From Patescibacteria group bacterium (GTDB lineage Bacteria; Patescibacteriota; Patescibacteriia; Patescibacteriales; GWC2-42-12): a DNA stretch of 64,000 nucleotides. The notes under the pieces were generated by a model. It had not been told where the DNA came from. It saw only the letters and a program-made list of their open reading frames with translations, and made no database searches. The position numbers and the translations under genes were made by a program. Shown one piece after another: positions 37,327 to 45,911 of the stretch (positions are counted from its first letter, which is position 1; each line of letters opens with the position of its first letter). Where the stretch lies: the NCBI GenBank assembly GCA_028703305.1, contig JAQVNC010000003.1:5270-69269 (forward strand), in the 5' to 3' direction.

Positions 37327-37394
37327 AAAATAATTATTTAAAATTATTACGCTTTAATTATAGCATAATTTATTTTAAACTCAACTTCAGCGCT

Positions 37395-37871
37395 TCAATT
37401 TGGCGTTAAATTATTTTTAACTGCCGTTAAATATTTGCCACAACTAGCTATTTCACTCTTATTAACTAGCTCAAAAATCAATTTACTGTCTCTTAAAGGA
37501 ATAACCACCGACGCGTTGGCAACAGCGGTCCGTTTAACTTTATCCGCGTTTAAATAATAATGCTTGATTTCGCATTTCTTTACTCCGGCTTCTTCCATAA
37601 AAAAACTAAGATTTTTCGCGCCGGCTGTTTTAAAGCCTTTGGGCAAATCAAAGCTGTAGCCCATTATAACATTGCCTATGATTAAACCGTCTTCGGTTTC
37701 GGTTATGGCATAAGGCGAGGCTTGGTGAACTATTTGCGAACTAATCCAATCAGCGCTTTCTTCGCGCATTAAAGCATACCAGATAGCGAAAATGCCGGCG
37801 AAAGTCGCCAAAAACAAAATTAAAATTTTAAGAGTATAGTTTTGCTCGCGCATAATCAATGCGTTTGTCAT
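37395..37871 (-). CDS. hypothetical membrane-anchored protein
   Basis: 158-aa ORF with one N-terminal TM helix. The first ATG lies inside repeat B2; the alternative start MREQNY is at 37853. Confidence 0.5.
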   Translation of the reverse strand: MTNALIMREQNYTLKILILFLATFAGIFAIWYALMREESADWISSQIVHQASPYAITETEDGLIIGNVIMGYSFDLPKGFKTAGAKNLSFFMEEAGVKKCEIKHYYLNADKVKRTAVANASVVIPLRDSKLIFELVNKSEIASCGKYLTAVKNNLTPN

Positions 37872-37950
37872 TGCGAGGAGCTTCAGCGACGAAGCAATCT
37901 CTGGTTAAGCGCCACGTACGTGAGATTGCTTCGCTTACGCTCGCAATGAC
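37867..37950. repeat. family-B palindromic repeat, compact copy
   Basis: gtcattgcgaggagcttcagcgacgaagcaatctc...gagattgcttcgcttacgctcgcaatgac. Confidence 0.8.
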
Positions 37951-37998
37951 AAGGAGAATTTAAAATCTTATTTCAATTATACCAAAATTTTTTCAAAC

Positions 37999-38024
37999 AA
38001 AAAAGGGCGCCTTAAGCGCCCCTT
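37999..38024 (-). terminator. rho-independent terminator of the 38042 gene
   Basis: Minus strand: aaaggggcgc-ttaag-gcgccc-ttttt. Confidence 0.7.
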
Positions 38025-38041
38025 TATATAAAATTATTTTA

Positions 38042-39010
38042 TTATTGGCAGCTCGCGTCTGAACCTCCGGTAGCGCTGCCCGCGCCAAAACCGGCCGCCG
38101 GAGAAGCGCTTGATAATTGTTGGGAGCATTCCGCCGGAACATTATTAAAAGCCGCGCAAATACCGGCTAAATAAGCGGCCGAGTCGCGCCCGGCACTGGA
38201 CTGGACTCCGTTGATCACTAAAGTCGGGCTGCCGCCAATACCTTTAGCTTGAGAGTTTGCTTCTTCCGCCGCGTATAATGATGCCCCGTCGGTTTTTATA
38301 CAAGCATCTATGGTTGATTTGGAAATTCCAAGTTTAGCAAATAACGCGCTTACTAAAGGCTCTGAACATTGGGCGTCGGAATCGCAGGCTCCGATTCCGG
38401 AATCAAGCGCGAAGGCCAGCGTATAATCTAAATATTTTGCGGGATATTTTTTCTCAATGCATAATTGCCTTTGAGCTTCAATTTTCTCATGGTCTCCGTG
38501 CATTGCTCCGATTTGCCTTATTTTAAAATCAATCTTGCTGCCTAATAATTTTACCGCGGGAATAATTCCTTTCTCGGACTGGGTTCCGTAAGGGCAATAA
38601 GTAAATACATATAATTCAACCTTGGGCTTGTCGCTTTTCGGAACTTCGGCGGCCGGAGCGGCTTGAGTATTGTCCGCCGAAGCGGCGGCTTGGGCTTTTT
38701 GCTCTTCGGCAAAAGTCGTCATATTGATGCCGCTTTGAAAGAATTTAGATCCGTCCTTAGACATATAAGAAGTGTAATCCTGGCCGCCTACGTTTAGGCT
38801 GATATTGTAAACATCACCTTCGTCGGTTACGTTTTTTATGGTAGCCGTAGCGCCGGCTGCCAATAAATTTTCATTGATAAATTTTTCCGCTGTGGCTTTA
38901 GCTTCTTCCGGGCCAAGAATCTTTTTAGCGGTTTTTACCTTAAACATAGCGAATGATCCGGCGCCAAGCAATAAAACAACAAGCAAACCTAATAATATGA
39001 ATTTTTTCAT
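38042..39010 (-). CDS. secreted thioredoxin/DsbA-fold protein with a single-Cys CPYG motif
   Basis: Signal peptide. VELYVFTYCPYGTQ and GGSPTLVINGV are thioredoxin-fold landmarks. There are several additional Cys residues. Confidence 0.6.
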   Translation of the reverse strand: MKKFILLGLLVVLLLGAGSFAMFKVKTAKKILGPEEAKATAEKFINENLLAAGATATIKNVTDEGDVYNISLNVGGQDYTSYMSKDGSKFFQSGINMTTFAEEQKAQAAASADNTQAAPAAEVPKSDKPKVELYVFTYCPYGTQSEKGIIPAVKLLGSKIDFKIRQIGAMHGDHEKIEAQRQLCIEKKYPAKYLDYTLAFALDSGIGACDSDAQCSEPLVSALFAKLGISKSTIDACIKTDGASLYAAEEANSQAKGIGGSPTLVINGVQSSAGRDSAAYLAGICAAFNNVPAECSQQLSSASPAAGFGAGSATGGSDASCQ

Positions 39011-39067
39011 TTTTTTAAATTAAGAGTTATTATAGTAGATTAGCAAAATTTTTTTTATAAGTCAAAA

Positions 39068-41230
39068 TCACTTTACCGGCAGCTCAAAGCAGAATTTACT
39101 GCCCTTGCCCTCGCCGTCCGATTCGGCCCAAATTTTGCCATGATGCGCCTCAATCATCATGCGAGCCACATATAAACCCAGGCCGGTGCCTTCGGTATGG
39201 ACGAGTGAAGTGCCCTTGCCGCGGGAAAATTTCTTAAACAGGTTAATCATGTCTTCCGGCCTGATGCCCATGCCTGAATCGGCCACGGAAAATTTAATTT
39301 TCTTTTCACGTTGCTCCAGCTTCACCGTAACACTGCCCTGCTTGGTGTATTTTATGGCGTTATCTATTAAATTCATTACTACCTGCCTGATTTTTTCATC
39401 ATCCAGCTTAATTATGGGCACGGGCTTAACCGGCGTTTTATACTGCAATATCAAACTTTTCTTTTTGGCATTGCCGGACAATTCCTCCATGACGCTTTCA
39501 ACCATTTTGTTTAAATCAACCTCCTTAAAATCAAACTGCAGGCGGCCGGATTCAATGCGGGAAATATTCAATAAATTCTCCACTAGCTGAATCAGCCGCT
39601 CATTGGATTCAAAAACTTTTTCCAATGATTCCAATTCAAGCTTGGTTAGCTCGCCGAAATTGCCTTCAAGCATCATGGAAATATAGCCTTTAATCACGGT
39701 TAGCGGGGTGCGTAGCTGGTGCGAAGCAATGGAAATAAATTCGGATTTGGCCGCGTCCAGCTTTTTTAACTGCACGTTAGCTTTCCTTAAATCCCGCGTA
39801 GCCTTTTCCACTTCTTTCTCCAGCTTGATGTTAAAATTCTTGGTTTCTTTATAAAGCAAAGCGTTTTCCAAAGCAATGGCGGCTTGCGCTCCGATTACTT
39901 CCAGAACCTTTAAATCCTCATCATTATACATATCGCCGGACTCTTTAGGGCCTAAGGCGATTAGCCCGATGGTTTTATCTTTAACATTTAACGGCGCCAA
40001 AATTTCCACTTTAAATTTAGCAAGCAATTCAACGGTCGGATTTTTTTCAAATAAATTAAGGCGCTTAACTTCTTCGGTAACGATAATTTTATTTTGCTTA
40101 ATGAACATCTTATCTAATTTTTCATCTTCCAAAAAATCATTTTGCCCGCCGATCTTAAAACCCTGGTTATACTGTATAATATAATTTTTTCCTTCTTCTT
40201 TATGGGTTAATACCCCAAAAGCTTTAACATGAAAAGCATTGGACAGAGTATTAAAAATATATTCATAAATTTTTTCTGCTTCAAGAGTGGAGCGCAATTT
40301 GTCGGATAGGCCGGCGATGACTTCGCTTGAATCATACAGAGATGAAAAAAAGTATTTATTAGACAAATGGTAAAAATAATTTCTGATGGAAGGGTAGGCG
40401 GAAATTGAAGCTAGTAAAATAAAAAAGTCAATTAAAATTGAATACTGGCTGAAATATAGATCGCTAATATATCTAATAGTAATCGCTAACAGTAAAATAA
40501 CCGTTAAGGACATTAAATTAACCGAATAGCGCCGCATGACCATTTTAACATCCATTAGGCGGCGAGTAATAATTGTATAACCAAAAATTCCCAAAAAAAT
40601 TAATATAAAAACAAAACCAAAAGGATAAAATCCATATCCATAATTTACTATAAAATCGGAAGCGGAAAAAATATAAAATATTAAAGCTGCCAAAACAAAT
40701 TTTAACTGAGAAAATTTATAAATATTAGAGTATCTACTTTCTTTAAGTTCTATATATAATAAGTAAATAATCCTTGAAGATAATAAAAAAAGTAATAATA
40801 AATAAATAGGGTGGAGAATTCCGGCTTTCGGATAATACCCCCAGGAATATTGATAAAAACCTTCAATAAAATAATTAGAAAACAAATCAAAAAAAGTAAA
40901 AACTGTGCCAACTAAATATGCTAAATAGACCAAATAAATATCAAAACGTTTCTTAAGATCCAATAAATGAACGAAAAAATTAAAAAAAGTAACTGGTATA
41001 AAAATAATTCCTACATAGCCTATTTTAACTAAATATAAGGCGAAAAATTCGCTACTTGAGCTAAATAAAACGAACCAACTAAACTGCCACCAAAAAGTTA
41101 CTAAACAAACAAGAAAAAATGAAAAATTTACTTTAGAATCTCTATTTTTTGAGTAAACAAAAAATCCCAAGACAAAGAATAAGACTGAACTAATCAGGGG
41201 TAGCAAATTGTAAATATTAAAAATAACCAT
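39068..41230 (-). CDS. sensor histidine kinase (N-terminal 7TM domain, GAF, HisKA, HATPase_c); no adjacent response regulator
   Basis: SHQLRTPLT H-box and N/G boxes (DNAIKYT, DSGMGI, GTGLGL). ~240 aa of TM helices at the N-terminus. Confidence 0.85.
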   Translation of the reverse strand: MVIFNIYNLLPLISSVLFFVLGFFVYSKNRDSKVNFSFFLVCLVTFWWQFSWFVLFSSSSEFFALYLVKIGYVGIIFIPVTFFNFFVHLLDLKKRFDIYLVYLAYLVGTVFTFFDLFSNYFIEGFYQYSWGYYPKAGILHPIYLLLLFLLSSRIIYLLYIELKESRYSNIYKFSQLKFVLAALIFYIFSASDFIVNYGYGFYPFGFVFILIFLGIFGYTIITRRLMDVKMVMRRYSVNLMSLTVILLLAITIRYISDLYFSQYSILIDFFILLASISAYPSIRNYFYHLSNKYFFSSLYDSSEVIAGLSDKLRSTLEAEKIYEYIFNTLSNAFHVKAFGVLTHKEEGKNYIIQYNQGFKIGGQNDFLEDEKLDKMFIKQNKIIVTEEVKRLNLFEKNPTVELLAKFKVEILAPLNVKDKTIGLIALGPKESGDMYNDEDLKVLEVIGAQAAIALENALLYKETKNFNIKLEKEVEKATRDLRKANVQLKKLDAAKSEFISIASHQLRTPLTVIKGYISMMLEGNFGELTKLELESLEKVFESNERLIQLVENLLNISRIESGRLQFDFKEVDLNKMVESVMEELSGNAKKKSLILQYKTPVKPVPIIKLDDEKIRQVVMNLIDNAIKYTKQGSVTVKLEQREKKIKFSVADSGMGIRPEDMINLFKKFSRGKGTSLVHTEGTGLGLYVARMMIEAHHGKIWAESDGEGKGSKFCFELPVK

Positions 41231-41276
41231 GAGTAGAAATTATATTTAAATTTTAGCATATTTTAATATTATAGAC

Positions 41277-41309
41277 AAAAAAAGAAGGGCTATCATTACA
41301 ATAGCCCTT
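41277..41309 (-). terminator. rho-independent terminator of the hotdog-protein operon
   Basis: Minus strand: aagggctat-tgtaatg-atagccctt-c-ttttttt. Confidence 0.75.
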
Positions 41310-42216
41310 AGTTATTCGAGAATTTGACTCTTTGCCGGCCGAAAGTATGCTCTTGGCCGGTCCGGTCGAAGAAGCTTGCCTTAAATACAGTTTCGCCCCC
41401 TTTGACCTCGGCGTAAAGCTCAATAAATATTATGTCGCCAAAGTAAAAATCACGATGATATTTGTAGTAAGCATCTTCCACCATTAAAGAACGTGCCAGG
41501 ACATCTTCTTGCCGACTAAGCAAAAATAGCTCAATCGCTTGCGTCATTATTTTGGCATACTCGTCATGGCTGACGTTCTTTTCCGCGTTTGTCATCCCTG
41601 AAGTGACAACAACTCTATGATGAAACACCGCCGCTCCATCATTTTTGTTGATGTTTTTTCTTTCTTCCGCGTCTACGCCTATCGAACAAGAAAACTCAAG
41701 CAAAATCTTAAGCCACTTGGGAAATCTTGTCGGCCTACCCTGCATATTAGCGTAGGCAATCGTTTGAAATGCGGTAACGCAGATTTTACCGGTTCTTTTG
41801 TTAATAAACCGGCCACGAAGCTTAAAGCTGGCTCCGTTAACTTCAACAACATCAATCACGGTTTTGATTGTATCGCCGAAGTGGAAATCAGCTTCATGGT
41901 AGTATTCCGCGTCGCAGGTCTTTAAAAGATACTTCTGGCCTGCATCCTTGGTAAAACCTGGAATTCGACTTATTCCGAATAATTCCCTGGCCGTTCCGAA
42001 CAGATGAGCGAATTTGTCATGACCGACAATGCCAGAGCCGCTGGTTAAGCCAAACGTCACCTTAGTCTCAACTGTAAACCTCTGTAAGACAGGTAGCAAT
42101 TTACCGATAACCAAGGCTATCTTTCGGATAATCAACATCTTACGCCCAACACCAGATAAGGTGCCGGACACGACCGTTTTCTGTTTTGTTTCCTTACTAT
42201 AATCTAACCATAACAT
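41308..42216 (-). CDS. tandem (double) hotdog-fold protein, 4HBT/YbgC thioesterase-like
   Basis: Two repeats of the hotdog pattern (GIVGHDKFAHLFGTARELF...DFHFGDTIKTVIDVVEVNGASFKLRGRF; NVSHDEYAKIMTQAIELFL...DFYFGDIIFIELYAEVKGGETVFKASFF). Start placed at MLWLDY, preceded by SD gggaggtg. Confidence 0.6.
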   Translation of the reverse strand: MLWLDYSKETKQKTVVSGTLSGVGRKMLIIRKIALVIGKLLPVLQRFTVETKVTFGLTSGSGIVGHDKFAHLFGTARELFGISRIPGFTKDAGQKYLLKTCDAEYYHEADFHFGDTIKTVIDVVEVNGASFKLRGRFINKRTGKICVTAFQTIAYANMQGRPTRFPKWLKILLEFSCSIGVDAEERKNINKNDGAAVFHHRVVVTSGMTNAEKNVSHDEYAKIMTQAIELFLLSRQEDVLARSLMVEDAYYKYHRDFYFGDIIFIELYAEVKGGETVFKASFFDRTGQEHTFGRQRVKFSNN

Positions 42217-42245
42217 CTCCGACACCTCCCTTCTCACTTTTGAAT

Positions 42246-42425
42246 TTAAACAGCACCTTTCGCCTCATGTTTTTTATCCACCAACCGAAAAATCGGCCGA
42301 CTGGCAGAAATAGCCAATAAGGCCACCCCGCCAATGATTGTCTTAAATAAATCAACAACGTTTTCACCGACTGCTTTCGCAATCGCCGGAACCAATATTC
42401 TAAATCGCAGATCGACGACAAACAT
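42246..42425 (-). CDS. 59-aa small membrane protein
   Basis: MFVVDLRFRILVPAIAKAVGENVVDLFKTIIGGVALLAISASRPIFRLVDKKHEAKGAV. SD gggggtga lies 5 nt upstream. 29 nt upstream of the hotdog gene. Confidence 0.5.
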   Translation of the reverse strand: MFVVDLRFRILVPAIAKAVGENVVDLFKTIIGGVALLAISASRPIFRLVDKKHEAKGAV

Positions 42426-42569
42426 AGTCTTCACCCCCAAATTTTTTATATATACACCCTTTTCGAGTGTTTAAATGAGCTCGTTGTTATTTTCAATAGC
42501 TTTCCCCTATGAAAAACTACTAATAACAATTTTTTCTTAATTTTAACAGGCTAATGTTAAAACTAAATT

Positions 42570-42597
42570 AAAAAGTGTTATTCTAAATAACACTTTT
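42570..42597. terminator. rho-independent terminator downstream of the DUF952 gene (bidirectional form)
   Basis: aaaa-aagtgttat-tctaa-ataacactt-tt: 9-bp stem flanked by A and T runs. Confidence 0.6.
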
Positions 42598-42663
42598 ATA
42601 ATAGTCTAAATCTTAAATTTTGTCAAGGGTGGCTAATGTTAAATAAAAAAACTACCATAAAAT

Positions 42664-43056
42664 TCAAATTAAAAACTTACCATCTTTACTTCGTTTGACC
42701 TCAAAAACCTTAAATGATTTTTTAGATAGCCGCCCCCATATATGGTGATAGATATAATCATTGATAATTGAGTAAGTTATTCTAGTCTTAAGCATTCGCG
42801 TGTCAATTTCTAAAAGCAAAAATTTTTCTTTAAGAGAATAATCAGCCCAATTCGTGTCAGCCACCCTTTCTTTAAGCTGTTGCCTGCTTAGTGTAGTATG
42901 AATAAATGGAGAATTATTACCCCATTCTTTTTTATTTCGACAATCGTAATTACCGTTAATATCGCTGAATTCAACGAAAAGTTTTCTAGGAACAAGATGA
43001 TATAAAAACTTGGGCAAAATTGAATTGTCTTTAATTTCAATTTCTTGATTAATCAT
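42664..43056 (-). CDS. DUF952-family protein
   Basis: LYHLVPRKLF...SPFIHTTLSRQQL...FLLLEIDTRML...YHHIWGRL follows the DUF952 pattern (YH....W....GFIH.S...Q......ll.id...l......PHiYG.l). Confidence 0.6.
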   Translation of the reverse strand: MINQEIEIKDNSILPKFLYHLVPRKLFVEFSDINGNYDCRNKKEWGNNSPFIHTTLSRQQLKERVADTNWADYSLKEKFLLLEIDTRMLKTRITYSIINDYIYHHIWGRLSKKSFKVFEVKRSKDGKFLI

Positions 43057-43145
43057 AAAAACTAATAAATATATTAAGCTATGTAATAATTTTACTATTT
43101 ATATTAAAAAAGTAAAAGAGACTGGCTAGTTTTAGGTAAAATTTT

Positions 43146-43174
43146 TTGACAAAATTAATAAAAAAATGTAAGTT
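43146..43174 (+). promoter_or_regulatory. sigma70-like promoter candidate for the sORF/radical-SAM operon (TTGACA-N17-TAAGTT)
   Basis: ttgaca 43146-43151, taagtt 43169-43174. The -10 element is weak. Confidence 0.35.
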
Positions 43175-43182
43175 AAAATATT

Positions 43183-43203
43183 AACAGGGAATAGCTTCCT
43201 GTT
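43183..43203 (+). promoter_or_regulatory. 8-bp hairpin in the 5' leader of the sORF
   Basis: aacaggga-atagc-ttcctgtt (one G-T pair), with no U-run. Could be an operator or leader structure. Confidence 0.3.
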
Positions 43204-43248
43204 TCAAAATGCTCTTTAACTTAAACTTAAAAGAGGAGGTATCAAGCT

Positions 43249-43371
43249 ATGGGTAAATCGATTTACGAAGTCTGGGCATTATGCTCCTCCGCATACAACA
43301 AGTTAGCCCCAGCCAAACCAAGCCACACCGCCAATGATGACACAGCGCTAATTAAAACGAAAGGAGCTTAA
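43249..43371 (+). CDS. 40-aa sORF, candidate radical-SAM-modified precursor peptide
   Basis: MGKSIYEVWALCSSAYNKLAPAKPSHTANDDTALIKTKGA. Strong SD agaggagg 8 nt upstream. The stop is 1 nt before the radical-SAM ATG, and the SD for that gene (aaaggag) lies inside its last codons. Too short for the ORF track. Confidence 0.6.
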   Translation: MGKSIYEVWALCSSAYNKLAPAKPSHTANDDTALIKTKGA

Positions 43372-43372
43372 A

Positions 43373-44317
43373 ATGTACATAATTTGGAACCTAACACGAG
43401 TATGCCCATGGAATTGCGCTTTCTGTTGCGTCTCGGCTGTTTATGCAAAAGGTAAAGAAAGAACACAAATCATCGCCGAACAGAAGAAAAAAGAACTTTC
43501 TTTCGCTCAAAAACTAGGAGTGCTCAAAATGATCGCCGGAAAAAATATGATCATTGACTTTTCTGGCGGCGACCCCCTTTACTCCGAGGATGATTTGGCG
43601 ATTGTTCAGAAGGCCATTGAGTTTCTTCCGCCCGAGAAAATCAATATCAGCATGACGGGGTGTGAGCTAACTCAATCCAAGATCGAACTTCTGAAGAAAA
43701 TCAACATGGTAGAATTTACTCTCGATAACCTACCGGATAGAGAAAACCCATTTCGTCCTCGCGGCTTCAATCGTGCTTCAATGAAAGCTATGAGGCGATT
43801 GGTAGAATCCGGCATCAAGGTGTCGGCTGTAACTATTCTCTACAATATCACTATCACAGAAGAAAACCTGCGAAGCATATACGCCTGGCTTTGCAAAAAT
43901 GGAATTCAGGAATGGGACATATTGAAATATATTCCAGTTGGTAGAGGTATGGACTACAAGAAAATTATCCCGACGGACGAGCAATATCTGTTCACGATGA
44001 AATTCTTGCGCAGTCTCAACGGTTCGACGCATATTTCTTTCCAACATTCATTGAGAGTAATTGAGGAAACATCAAAATGCCATGCTACAATCAATTCTTT
44101 TGGTGTCCTTCCAAACGGAGAAGCTATCGCCTGCGCATGGGCTCTGGACAGAAATGGCTGTACCTTTGACGGTTTCCAAATCGGCAAGTTGCCCGATGAA
44201 AGTCTTGATGTTATTCTAAAGAGAGCTCGTGAAAAACTTGGGTTTAACCATCAGACTAGTTACTGCCGGGCAAACTTATGCGCCATGTCCATGCAGCAAC
44301 ACAAGGAGAGAATATGA
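43373..44317 (+). CDS. radical SAM enzyme with C-terminal SPASM/twitch-like Cys-rich extension
   Basis: CPWNCAFC (CxxxCxxC) at aa 11-18, FSGGDPL, C-terminal CHATINSFGVLPNGEAIAC (C-x12-G-x4-C) plus the additional Cys pair CRANLC. Confidence 0.8.
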   Translation: MYIIWNLTRVCPWNCAFCCVSAVYAKGKERTQIIAEQKKKELSFAQKLGVLKMIAGKNMIIDFSGGDPLYSEDDLAIVQKAIEFLPPEKINISMTGCELTQSKIELLKKINMVEFTLDNLPDRENPFRPRGFNRASMKAMRRLVESGIKVSAVTILYNITITEENLRSIYAWLCKNGIQEWDILKYIPVGRGMDYKKIIPTDEQYLFTMKFLRSLNGSTHISFQHSLRVIEETSKCHATINSFGVLPNGEAIACAWALDRNGCTFDGFQIGKLPDESLDVILKRAREKLGFNHQTSYCRANLCAMSMQQHKERI

Positions 44318-45114
44318 AAATATGTGAGATACAATGTAAAACCGTTCTAATTAAGAGCAAATTGCCGGAGTCGGACTATTGCATTAACCCTTACGTCGGG
44401 TGTATGCATAGTTGCGCCTACTGCTACGCCAGATTTATGAGGCGGTTCACTAACCATCCCGAGAAGTGGGGTGAATTTGTTGATATAAAAATCAACGCGG
44501 CCGAAGTTTTGAAAAAACAGTTAACCCATAAACCTAAAAGAGGAGTTATTTTGTTGGGCAGTGTTACTGACGCCTACCAACCCCCGGAAAGGAAATACGG
44601 AATAACTCGCGATATTCTCAAAATTCTCCTGCGCTATGATTTCCCCATCTCAATTCTCACTAAATCAGATTTGGTAATAAGAGACGTTGATCTTCTAAGG
44701 CAATTTAGCGCATGCGAAGTCGGGTTTACAATTACTACACTGGATGAAAAAGTGGCCAGAAGTTTTGAACCCCATGCTCCGTCGCTAGATAAAAGGCTAA
44801 AAGCACTTAAAGTCGTCCATGAAGCGGGGATAAAAACATATGCTTTTGTAGGCCCTATTCTCCCGGGTTTTACTGATCTTCACACGATTTTCAGCGCCCT
44901 ACAAGACAAAGTCGATTTTATTATGGCGGAATCTCTAAATGCAAAATGTGGTAATTGGGAGAATCTAAAAGAAATTCTTGAAAGAGACTTTCCCTCCTCC
45001 TTATTATTCTTCCAATCGAGGCTAAACAAGGAGTATTGGGCCAAGGTTGAATCTGAAGTAAGACAACTGAGCGAAGAGTTTGGCTTATCTTTAAAAAACT
45101 TCTACAAACATTAA
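44314..45114 (+). CDS. radical SAM enzyme, SPL/'DNA repair photolyase' (COG1533)-like
   Basis: INPYVGCMHSCAYCYARFM (CxxxCxxC), GSVTDAYQPPE, ILTKSDLVIRD. ATGA start/stop overlap with the upstream gene, and SD aaggagag. Confidence 0.75.
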   Translation: MKICEIQCKTVLIKSKLPESDYCINPYVGCMHSCAYCYARFMRRFTNHPEKWGEFVDIKINAAEVLKKQLTHKPKRGVILLGSVTDAYQPPERKYGITRDILKILLRYDFPISILTKSDLVIRDVDLLRQFSACEVGFTITTLDEKVARSFEPHAPSLDKRLKALKVVHEAGIKTYAFVGPILPGFTDLHTIFSALQDKVDFIMAESLNAKCGNWENLKEILERDFPSSLLFFQSRLNKEYWAKVESEVRQLSEEFGLSLKNFYKH

Positions 45115-45124
45115 CCCACAATAC

Positions 45125-45157
45125 CGCCGAGTGTCGCTTGATCACCCGGCGATTTTT
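45125..45157 (+). terminator. rho-independent terminator of the radical-SAM operon
   Basis: cgccgagtg-tcgcttgat-cacccggcg (9 bp, one A-C mismatch) followed by a-ttttt. Confidence 0.6.
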
Positions 45158-45194
45158 ATTCTAAAATTAATCTATAATTTTAAAATTCTATAAT

Positions 45195-45662
45195 ATGAAC
45201 AAAAAAAAATTAGCAAACTTTTTAGTAAAGGCAAAATTAAACACTTATGCTTCTAGCGGCGAAGGGGAGGAAAAAATTATTATTGATGGTAGCAAAGAAT
45301 TAACATTTGAAGAAAAAAAAATAAAATATAAAGATTGCTACTTCGGATACAATCCCTTTATTGGCGAAGAAATTGTCTGGGAAAATAATAAAATAATTTG
45401 GGGTATGAATTATTATGGGCAAGTTATTTCAAAAACAGTTCCCTCCGCAAAAATTTATAAATTTTTGAAAGAAGCTTTAAAAACAGTTAAAGAAAATAAA
45501 CCATTTAGAGGGGCTAATAAATATAAAAGGGGGGATTTTGAGTATATCAATAAAATTGAAGGGGATATAAAAAATTTCAAAGGCAAAGAAAAAATTTTTT
45601 GTAATAATAAACTTGCGTATATTCTAACTTATCATGGAGGATTTATTCAGAAAAAAATCTAA
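45195..45662 (+). CDS. DUF5680-like protein
   Basis: LANFLVKAKLNTYAS...YKDCYFGYNPFIGEEIVW...WGMNYYG...FLKEAL...PFRG...YHGGFI matches my recollection of DUF5680. Confidence 0.5.
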   Translation: MNKKKLANFLVKAKLNTYASSGEGEEKIIIDGSKELTFEEKKIKYKDCYFGYNPFIGEEIVWENNKIIWGMNYYGQVISKTVPSAKIYKFLKEALKTVKENKPFRGANKYKRGDFEYINKIEGDIKNFKGKEKIFCNNKLAYILTYHGGFIQKKI

Positions 45663-45865
45663 TTTTATAAATAATAAATTACAAACAACTGCATAATTTT
45701 TAAATAACTATTTCTATTATATAATTTAACTATAAATATCTACTTAAACAAATTCATAGATACTAAATTCAAAGATCCTGGTAATGCCCTAAATTTGGGA
45801 GCCGGGGACTTTTCTGATATTACTGATTTGAAAAAATCAAGCTGAAATGGCGAAGGCGTGGATAT

Positions 45866-45893
45866 AAAAACCGACAATCTACTGTCGGTTTTT
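45866..45893. terminator. bidirectional rho-independent terminator
   Basis: aaaaaccgaca-atctac-tgtcggttttt. Confidence 0.7.
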
Positions 45894-45911
45894 AATTTTC
45901 TACTACTTCTT

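Noticed and set aside
42197-42421. 74-aa alternative-frame ORF overlapping the 59-aa sORF and the hotdog gene start.
   Set aside because: It has no SD, whereas the two overlapping genes each have strong SDs at appropriate spacing. Its composition is Arg/Trp-rich and typical of an out-of-frame reading.
42595-42630. TTGACA-N18-TATTAT match on the minus strand between the DUF952 stop and its terminator.
   Set aside because: A transcript from it would start directly inside the terminator hairpin (42570-42597). It is probably a chance match in AT-rich DNA.
45771-45845. Short open frame KDPGNALNLGAGDFSDITDLKKSS* upstream of a terminator.
   Set aside because: It has no start codon or upstream reading frame. 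It is possibly the remnant of a decayed gene but is too short to assign.
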